A stretch of 64,000 nucleotides of DNA. Origin: an uncultured Christensenella sp. (GTDB lineage Bacteria > Bacillota > Clostridia > Christensenellales > DTU072). The position numbers and the translations under genes are program-made. The stretch covers positions 178,003-242,002 of the forward strand of contig CAYQKV010000002.1 in assembly GCA_964418255.1 (NCBI GenBank), given 5' to 3'. Under the pieces are notes generated by a model. That model was not told the origin of the DNA. It did no database searches and worked only from the letters and a program-made list of their open reading frames with translations. Shown here piece after piece: positions 49,899-56,947 of this stretch; position 1 is the first letter of the stretch; each line of letters starts with the position of its first letter.

Positions 49899-49970
49899 TG
49901 ACATTCGGTGAATGTCATATTGCAACTTATAATAACATATAATTTTCTTATTGACAAGCACTAAATGTCA
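49899..49970. promoter_or_regulatory. Two TGACA-N9-TGTCA inverted repeats in the divergent intergenic region
   Basis: TGACATTC-GGT-GAATGTCA (49899-49917) and TGACA-AGCACTAAA-TGTCA (49952-49970) have the same half-sites and the same spacing. Confidence 0.55.
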
Positions 49971-49983
49971 AGAAGAGAAAATT

Positions 49984-50223
49984 ATGTTTATAAATAAAAC
50001 GGATGACGGATTTAATAATATTTGCGGTAAGAATATAACAGCATACCGTAAAGGCTTAAAGTGGTCGCAAAGGGCGTTGGCGGATAAAATGCAGTTGGCG
50101 GGTATTGATATCGACAAAAACGCAATTCAAAGAATAGAATGCGGCAAGCGATTTGTTACGGATATAGAAATAGTGGCGTTTGCAAAAGTTTTTAATATTG
50201 ATTATAAGGATTTGTTGGAATAA
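49984..50223 (+). CDS. XRE-family helix-turn-helix transcriptional regulator (79 aa)
   Basis: Contains ITAYRKGLKWSQRALADKMQLAGIDIDKNAIQRIECGKR. The start was set at the ATG at 49984. Confidence 0.8.
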   Translation: MFINKTDDGFNNICGKNITAYRKGLKWSQRALADKMQLAGIDIDKNAIQRIECGKRFVTDIEIVAFAKVFNIDYKDLLE

Positions 50224-50270
50224 AATTCGCAAAGCGAAATTGCGCAAAACGCGTGGTTTGACTATTTAAT

Positions 50271-51707
50271 TCAATTATCCGTTTTTCTTTTTTTAATCAG
50301 AAGAATGGATTTTATTATGCCGCCGATAAACAGTAGACAGGAAGAAACAATTATCGTCGTAAACATATCGGGAACGAACGCGCACACGACCCAAAGCGGA
50401 GTTGCGAAAAACATTTGCGGCAGTAGCAATATAAATATCGGTAAAACCAAATGCAACAACGCCAAAAGCGATATTTTAACCCAAAGTTTGCCCGCCATAA
50501 GGCGTTTTTTGTACAACATAATCAAGCACAATGGCAGTAACGAAACTAAAAAGACGACGAAATAAGCGAGGTCGTAAAGAAAATGCCGCGTAACGTATTC
50601 GTCAGAGGCAATTTGATTAGGTTTATCGCCTGTCAGCATAAGTACGATACTCCAATCGATTCTATCCATCATATCTTTTCCCACAAAGTAATCGTTTGTA
50701 TTCACGGCGATAGCAATCCCGATTTCGCTTTCGGGTAAAATATAAATAGTTGACATTCCCGTTTCGACGAGTCCGCTGTGGCGCAGGGCAGGTTGTTTAA
50801 GCGGTTCGTTTGTCAGGGTCCAACCCATTCCGTATTTATAAGGAATACTTGCCTGTACGTCAACGTTTTCGTAAAACATTTTATTTATACTTTCGCTCGA
50901 TATAATGCCGTCACCGCCGCGCAAATACATTTGCAGGTATTTCCCCAAATCGGAAGTCGAAGCCGAAAGGTAACCCGCCGAAGGCGTTATCCACGCATTA
51001 TCCGACGCGGGAAATTCGGGAGCGGTTTTTGTGTTTATGCCGAACCAATTTTCATAACTTTGAATAAGACCGTTGTCTTTTGCTTTTTCATAGGTGGCAG
51101 CGGATTTTGACATAGAAAGCGGCTCGAATATGTTTTTTTCAACGTAATTTTCATAGGACAGTCCGCTGACGGTCTCTATAATTTTGCCGAGAAGAGAGTA
51201 ATTGACGTTTGCATATTTGTGTATGCCCTGTTTTTCTACGATTTCATAATTGTCGAGATTTTGATGTTCGCCGAGTCCGCCGGTATGATTGAGAAGTTGA
51301 AGAATAGTAATTTTATTGCCGTCGGTTGCGTTTGGCAAATAATCGGAAAGTTTTGCGGTCAAATTGATTTTGCCTTGCTCGACAAGTTGCATAATACAAA
51401 GAGCGGTAAACGATTTGCTGACCGAACCGAGAAGAAAGGGCGTATCGGCGCTTTTGCAGTCGCCGTAAGTTTTTGAAAGCAAAACGTTTTCCTTATTGAC
51501 AACGGTAATAGACATTGCGGGGAAATGAGCTTTTTCGCAGGCGTAGGCAAGATAAGAATCGATTTCATCATATACTTTTCTTTCGGTTTGCTCGGCAAAC
51601 GCAAAGGTTTGGCAAGAGTTAGAATTCATTCCGAACATACAAATTCCGCTCAAAATAATCGAGCAAAACAAAAAGCATAAAGATTTTAGTTTTTTCATTT
51701 TTTCCAC
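50271..51707 (-). CDS. Serine hydrolase of the beta-lactamase/PBP4-like family with a C-terminal multi-TM anchor
   Basis: It has a signal peptide and the SxxK motif (LLGSVSKSF). The last ~110 aa form about four TM segments. Confidence 0.75.
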   Translation of the reverse strand: MEKMKKLKSLCFLFCSIILSGICMFGMNSNSCQTFAFAEQTERKVYDEIDSYLAYACEKAHFPAMSITVVNKENVLLSKTYGDCKSADTPFLLGSVSKSFTALCIMQLVEQGKINLTAKLSDYLPNATDGNKITILQLLNHTGGLGEHQNLDNYEIVEKQGIHKYANVNYSLLGKIIETVSGLSYENYVEKNIFEPLSMSKSAATYEKAKDNGLIQSYENWFGINTKTAPEFPASDNAWITPSAGYLSASTSDLGKYLQMYLRGGDGIISSESINKMFYENVDVQASIPYKYGMGWTLTNEPLKQPALRHSGLVETGMSTIYILPESEIGIAIAVNTNDYFVGKDMMDRIDWSIVLMLTGDKPNQIASDEYVTRHFLYDLAYFVVFLVSLLPLCLIMLYKKRLMAGKLWVKISLLALLHLVLPIFILLLPQMFFATPLWVVCAFVPDMFTTIIVSSCLLFIGGIIKSILLIKKRKTDN

Positions 51708-51753
51708 GCTAAATAACAGTTTATCGTGATTTCATTATATCAAAAGCAAAACG

Positions 51754-51788
51754 ATAAGGCAAGGAAACTTGCCGTTCCTTGCCTTTAT
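51754..51788. terminator. Hairpin terminator downstream of the minus-strand reductase gene
   Basis: ATAAGGCAAGGAA-loop-TTCCTTGCCTTTAT. Confidence 0.6.
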
Positions 51789-51852
51789 CCTATGAAATAA
51801 CACTGTAACCGTGATTTCCGTTTTCCCGACAAATCAGGTTTTTTAACGAATA

Positions 51853-53052
51853 TTACTTATTGTTGGGGACCTCGATACTTACGTCGGAGAGAGCGAAAGA
51901 CGCACACGGGTGGATATATCCGTACACCTTATCCGCTTCGCGTCTGCCGTCCGTATTTTCGGGAATAAAGACTTCGCCGTATAAAAGTTTGCTTCTGCAC
52001 CATCCGCAAATTCCGCCTCGGCAACGGTTGGGTCCCGCAATGCCCGCGCGTTCCAAAGCGACGAGCATATTTTCGTTGGCGTTGCAAGGAATATCGTATT
52101 CTTTGTCGCACATTTTTACGTGCATATTGAACACCTTATCCTTTGCCGTTTGCGGATATTCGGGGAAGTTCCACGGTTCTTTTGCCGACCCGAACAGTTC
52201 TTTTCGATAGAATTTTTGAGCAATGCCGAGTTTTTCGACTTCTCCGTCGAGGAAGAGGTACATCGATTGCGGACCCGAGGCGAATATGCTGTATTGTTCG
52301 TTTCCCGCGTACTTTTTGATGAGCTCGGCGGTGATGAAACCGTGTTCGCAACCCTCTTTTTCCTCGCCCGAGAGGACGTAAACAACTTTGACTTTGTCGG
52401 TGCGTTTGCAGATTTCCGTGAATTCCTTTTCGAAAAGCACGTCTTTTTCCGTTCTGCTTCCGTAGAGTATGGTGAGGTTAAAATCTTCGTCGCCTGCCAT
52501 TATAGCGTACGCCATTGACAGAATGGGGGTAATTCCGCTTCCGCCGGCAACCGCAACGACGTTTTTTGCGTCGCGGAGACCTTCATAGTAGAAGACGCCC
52601 TGAGGACCAGACGTAACCACTTCGTCGCCGACTTTCCAGTGGTCGAGAATATAATCGCTCATAAAGCCGTTGGGGGCGCGTTTGACGGTGAGGGCGTATT
52701 TGCCGTCGAGAGAGAAGTCGGGACCGCACGAAAGAGAAATCGGGCGAGCTATGAGTTTGCCGTCGATGTATTGACGGACAACAACGTATTGACCCGCTCT
52801 GAAAAACGCGGGGTTTGTGCCGTCTTTCTTTTTGAGGAAGTACGATTTGACGTTTGCGCTGTGTTCGATGATGTCGCTTATGACGAATTCCTGTGTTTCG
52901 GGATGTCTTTCCTCGGCTTTTCTGTTCGTTTCATATTGAGCGACGAGGGGAGTAGAGGAAGTGGATTGAATCATTTTTTCCCGAGCTTTCGGTCTTGTGG
53001 CAAAGTAAAGAACGTCCATAAGACCTATCGTACTGAATTTTACCTTTTTCAT
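51853..53052 (-). CDS. FNR/PDR-type flavin reductase fused to a C-terminal [2Fe-2S] ferredoxin domain (paralog of 909-2102)
   Basis: Contains RPISLSC, VAGGSGITP and CRGGICGWC...C. It aligns along its full length with 909-2102, with many identical blocks. Confidence 0.75.
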   Translation of the reverse strand: MKKVKFSTIGLMDVLYFATRPKAREKMIQSTSSTPLVAQYETNRKAEERHPETQEFVISDIIEHSANVKSYFLKKKDGTNPAFFRAGQYVVVRQYIDGKLIARPISLSCGPDFSLDGKYALTVKRAPNGFMSDYILDHWKVGDEVVTSGPQGVFYYEGLRDAKNVVAVAGGSGITPILSMAYAIMAGDEDFNLTILYGSRTEKDVLFEKEFTEICKRTDKVKVVYVLSGEEKEGCEHGFITAELIKKYAGNEQYSIFASGPQSMYLFLDGEVEKLGIAQKFYRKELFGSAKEPWNFPEYPQTAKDKVFNMHVKMCDKEYDIPCNANENMLVALERAGIAGPNRCRGGICGWCRSKLLYGEVFIPENTDGRREADKVYGYIHPCASFALSDVSIEVPNNK

Positions 53053-54617
53053 TTTTTGTCCTCCTCCATATCTTTAAGAAGTAAAACAGCCATTTCTTTG
53101 CCGTTTATGTAAGTCTGACTGTACCCGTCGCCTCTCGCGCCGGACGCGCCGCAGGTTTTGAAACCGTGAATGGGTTGGTCTTTTTTAATGCTCATAAGCC
53201 TTGAAATCATAGTGTTGACGTCATCGGTATCGTATCCGTAAGTTGTGCCTTGCGGTGTTTTGAGATAGTGGGCGAATGTCCACGGCGAAGCCAATTCGAT
53301 TTCTTCGATGCAGTCGTGAATAATAATGCCTGTGTCGCGTTCGAAATTGTCCATAACGCGTTTGAATAGCTCCTGCTTGCGCTTGACGTATTCCCTTTGG
53401 GAGAATTTCGCCCATACGTCCTCGGTATAGGTAATGGTAAACGTCATAACGGTTGTGCCTTTCGGGGACGCGTCGGGATTGACGACGTTATAAATTACGA
53501 CTACGCTATGGTCGTTGCCTTCGTAATGCTTGCTTTCTTCAAAGTTCTTTTTGGTGTCGAAAGTGCCGGGCATAAAGATGGTGTAGTCTTTGATACCGAG
53601 TTCCTCTATGCTCTTGTTGAGCGCGAGGTATGTGTTGAAGAATCTGACGCTGTGTTTCATTGCGTTGCCTTTCTTTATCTCGCGTTCGGGCACGGGGATA
53701 CGTTTGTCCAACAGCCCCGTGTATGCCGTGTGCGGATTGACGTTTGCGATGACGTAGTTCGTTTCCACAAAACCTACGCTCGTGTCAACGCCGATAATCT
53801 TGCCGTTGTCGTCGGATACGACTTTGTTTGCCTTTACGTTGAGCCAAAGCTCGCCGCCGAGTTCGCGCAGACGTTCTACGCCGGCAACCGTCATACCGTG
53901 CGCGTTGTATTGACAAATCGCAGGCTTTTTCGTCGCGTAAAGATAGAGCATACTTGCTTGATGAACGAAACTTAAACGCTCGTAATCCATACCGACGTAT
54001 GTCCAATATACGTCGAGAATGTCGATTGCGTCTTCGGGCATACCTATTTTTCTCAAAACCGAGTTGAACGGTCTTTCCGCAAGGCGTAAGAAATTCGGGA
54101 AACGTTTGAGATAAAGCATATTGTCAACTTTAACCATATCGTTTTTGTCGAATTTATCGAAGAGATGTTCGGAGAAATAATCGTGAGCTTCTATACATTC
54201 TTTGGCGATGTCGAAAAACGTTTTCATAGGTTCTTTCGAGCCGGGAACCGCTTTTTCCATAGCGTCTATAATGTTGTCGACGCCGACGGGCAGGGTAAGG
54301 TCAAAGCGTTTTCCGCTGCGCGTAACGCCGATACACCTGTAAAGCTCGGGGACGAGAAGCCAGTTGATGTTGAGTTTATAGTCTTCCATCATAATTTTGC
54401 CCGCCAAACCATAGTCGCCTTCGCTTCCTATGCCGCAATATTCGTGCAAAGACGCGTCAAATTCGAATCTGCCGCGAATGAAACTCGTCGAGCAACCGCC
54501 GGGAAGATTGTGTTGCTCCAAAAGTAATGTTTTTTTGCCTGCCGAAGCGAGAGCAAGCGCCGCGGAAAGTCCGCCAGTGCCTGCGCCGATAACGACGGCG
54601 TCATATTTTGCTGCCAT
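53049..54617 (-). CDS. FAD-dependent oxidoreductase, CrtI/phytoene-desaturase-like family (paralog of 1-909)
   Basis: Contains the N-terminal VVIGAGTGGLSAA...LLEQHNLPGG (Rossmann + GG motif). ATGA overlap with the downstream reductase. AAGGAGG SD. Confidence 0.75.
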   Translation of the reverse strand: MAAKYDAVVIGAGTGGLSAALALASAGKKTLLLEQHNLPGGCSTSFIRGRFEFDASLHEYCGIGSEGDYGLAGKIMMEDYKLNINWLLVPELYRCIGVTRSGKRFDLTLPVGVDNIIDAMEKAVPGSKEPMKTFFDIAKECIEAHDYFSEHLFDKFDKNDMVKVDNMLYLKRFPNFLRLAERPFNSVLRKIGMPEDAIDILDVYWTYVGMDYERLSFVHQASMLYLYATKKPAICQYNAHGMTVAGVERLRELGGELWLNVKANKVVSDDNGKIIGVDTSVGFVETNYVIANVNPHTAYTGLLDKRIPVPEREIKKGNAMKHSVRFFNTYLALNKSIEELGIKDYTIFMPGTFDTKKNFEESKHYEGNDHSVVVIYNVVNPDASPKGTTVMTFTITYTEDVWAKFSQREYVKRKQELFKRVMDNFERDTGIIIHDCIEEIELASPWTFAHYLKTPQGTTYGYDTDDVNTMISRLMSIKKDQPIHGFKTCGASGARGDGYSQTYINGKEMAVLLLKDMEEDKK

Positions 54618-55063
54618 TATTTTTACCTCCTTTTGTGGTGCCGTTAATACATATAAATAATAACATATTTATATGAGAAAATCAATATATGTCGGCAATT
54701 ATTGATTTCTTATTAAATTTATTTTTTGCGATAAACGCTTGTTTTTTATCAAAATACCGATTGCTGCGATTAGCGAGAGATACTTTGCTAAAAACAGGAA
54801 AAAATAACGCATTTGCGTTAGAAAGTTAGAATTTTCGGCATATAAAGAGCCATTATTTATGTGTCCGAACGAATAAAGTAATTGGAAGAGGGCACTAAAT
54901 CCGTAAAAAATTTTGGGCAAAAAGAACGAATTTTGTTAAAAATATTATTGTGATTTGTAACAACTTTCGCCCAAATGTGGTAACATAAAAACGATACCAA
55001 AAACGTCATTTTGTTGATTTTACTATCGCTGAGTATAAGTATATATTTTTTTACCAATGCAAA

Positions 55064-55299
55064 ATGAAGCGGAAGGGGCATTTTATTTCAAAAGGCGTTT
55101 ATGGAAAACGGACACAGTTATTTACGTTATATTTTTAGTTCCCGAAAAGGATAGTAAAGAATGAAGTCGCTGTCGCTAATGAAGACGTTACACTAATGAA
55201 ATATGAAGCGAAGAGCCACCTTAATTAGCGCAATTTTTTTGCGCGACTTCATTAGGCAAAGCCGTCTTCATTTTTCACGCCTCGCAAGAGGCGCTTCAT
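55064..55299. repeat. Array of ATGAAG / CTTCAT motifs (five forward, then three reverse) at the island boundary
   Basis: Forward copies lie at 55064, 55161, 55179, 55196 (ATGAAA) and 55203. Reverse copies lie at 55247, 55266 and 55294. The flanks give exact complements in parallel order: ATGAAGTCGC/GCGACTTCAT, AATGAAGACG/CGTCTTCATT and ATGAAGCG/CGCTTCAT. Confidence 0.7.
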
Positions 55300-55302
55300 T
55301 TC

Positions 55303-55334
55303 AAAAACCCTTTCGCTTTCGTAAAAGGGTTTTT
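55303..55334. terminator. Bidirectional terminator downstream of the defence operon
   Basis: AAAAACCCTTT-CGCTTTCGTA-AAAGGGTTTTT. Confidence 0.75.
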
Positions 55335-55410
55335 GATGGCGGCACGTCAGCATCCGAATTTGAACTTTTGATGAATAAACGGAACTTTGTGATAATGTTG
55401 CCGTTATAAA

Positions 55411-55875
55411 CTATTCGTCATCGATGTCGTGGTCGCGAATATAACGGTCTAAAATCCAATCCTCGCTGTTTAATACGATATCGATTAGCTGTTCTTGCAG
55501 CTCGGCTTTACTTAACTTACGAATATAAGATTCCACGCGATCGGGTAAACTTTCCACCCATTCTTCATACTCGGCTTGCTCTTTATCGACTCGTTTTTTA
55601 TATTCAATCGCGTCGGTCGGAAATGCGGCGAAATACAATGCAACTTGATGTTTGCAAACGATACGCGTTCCGCTTTTGGCAAACGGACAATCGCAAGACG
55701 AATTGCGCGGACGGTTTATGTTGACGATGACATTATACTCGGAATTATCCGATCCGCGTACCTTGCCTTGTAATACTCCGTCCTCGATTTCCTCATACGA
55801 AAGGACATTGCCGTTTATGTAATATTCATATCCGCGCCAAGCGGATTCTCTCCTTGCAAGATTTACTATTTTCAT
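55411..55875 (-). CDS. Small SWIM zinc-finger protein (154 aa)
   Basis: CDCPFAKSGTRIVCKH fits the SWIM pattern CxCx(n)CxH. It starts 3 nt after the RhuM stop. Confidence 0.6.
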   Translation of the reverse strand: MKIVNLARRESAWRGYEYYINGNVLSYEEIEDGVLQGKVRGSDNSEYNVIVNINRPRNSSCDCPFAKSGTRIVCKHQVALYFAAFPTDAIEYKKRVDKEQAEYEEWVESLPDRVESYIRKLSKAELQEQLIDIVLNSEDWILDRYIRDHDIDDE

Positions 55876-55878
55876 ATC

Positions 55879-56937
55879 TCAATCCTTTTTGTCTTTTTTG
55901 ATATGCTCTTCGAGTTCGAGCATATATTTGTCGTAGTCCGATAGGAACAATCTGTCTTGAATAACACGATATTTTTCAAACTCCGTTTCGGCGTGAAGTT
56001 TGGCTATCTCGGCGGAAACTTTGCCGGCGTCGCTCAATAATCCGTATTCGAACATTTGAATAAATGAATTGAGCCGCGTTTCCCAATCTTGCATGGTGAG
56101 GGGGATATGCCGCGCCGCCATACTTTCGGCAAAATCGATATATGCCGTTACCATACGATTGAGTTGCCCGAGTTCGTGCGCGGTAAGATAATTTTTAGCA
56201 ACCGTCACGTCCGATTTTTTAATTTTACCGTCGGGCGCGTCCGCCCATGTCGTAAGCCCCATATTCTCGCACGAGCTGTCGGCGCGTTCGACGATAAGTT
56301 CCGCCGCCGTATGCCCGTGAACGGCATAGTGCATTTTGTTTTGAACAGTTGCATAAAAGCGTTTGGTCTGCGCTGAAGATACGTCGTAATCGATAGCCGT
56401 CGCATAAAGATCTGTAATTTTTTGATAAAACTTACGTTCGCTCGCACGAATTTCACGAACACGCTCTAGCTGCTCGTCAAAGTATTTATCGGTTAAGTAT
56501 GTGCCGCGTTTGAGCCGCTCGTCGTCCATAACCCAACCTTTGATTGTGTATTCGGATGCGATTTGATTTACCCATTTACGGAACTGAACGGCGCGCTCGG
56601 AATTTACCTTGAAACCTACGGCGATTATCATCTGTAAGTTATAGTGTGCGACTTCGCGTTCTATCTGTCGTTCGCCTTCATTTTGAACTATTCGAAATTT
56701 TCGAATAGTTGAACTTTCATCCAACTCGCTGTCACTGAAAATCTTTTTAATGTGATAGTTTATCGTATGTGTTTCAACATTGTACAATAAGCCCATAGCT
56801 TTTTGCGTAAGCCATATATTTTCATCCTCATAGCGAACTTCTATATCGCGATTGCTTTCGCCGACAGACGCAACATAAGTAAGATATTCCGCCGCCGAGC
56901 TACGTATGGATACTTGATTGTTTTTCTTTGTGGTCAT
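55879..56937 (-). CDS. RhuM-family protein
   Basis: IEVRYEDENIWLTQKAMGLLYNV...HYNLQMIIAVGFKVNSERAVQFRKWVNQ...IKGWVMDDERLKRG matches the RhuM family as I remember it. The start was set at the ATG at 56937. Confidence 0.8.
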   Translation of the reverse strand: MTTKKNNQVSIRSSAAEYLTYVASVGESNRDIEVRYEDENIWLTQKAMGLLYNVETHTINYHIKKIFSDSELDESSTIRKFRIVQNEGERQIEREVAHYNLQMIIAVGFKVNSERAVQFRKWVNQIASEYTIKGWVMDDERLKRGTYLTDKYFDEQLERVREIRASERKFYQKITDLYATAIDYDVSSAQTKRFYATVQNKMHYAVHGHTAAELIVERADSSCENMGLTTWADAPDGKIKKSDVTVAKNYLTAHELGQLNRMVTAYIDFAESMAARHIPLTMQDWETRLNSFIQMFEYGLLSDAGKVSAEIAKLHAETEFEKYRVIQDRLFLSDYDKYMLELEEHIKKDKKD

Positions 56938-56947
56938 ATTATACCTC

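Noticed and set aside
1-54617. The inverted paralogous oxidoreductase/reductase pairs as terminal inverted repeats of a giant composite transposon or invertible segment.
   Set aside because: The copies are diverged at the protein level and much more so at the DNA level. The enclosed region is core housekeeping DNA, and no transposase is present.
54699-55081. Two overlapping ~73-aa minus-strand ORFs in the AT-rich spacer.
   Set aside because: They are not preceded by ribosome-binding sites, they overlap each other in different frames, and their composition is as expected from AT-rich non-coding DNA.
55203-55409. 68-aa plus-strand ORF (MKRRATLISAIF...) in the island junction.
   Set aside because: It is built from the ATGAAG/CTTCAT repeat array and runs through a terminator hairpin. 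It is Arg/Phe-rich with no SD.
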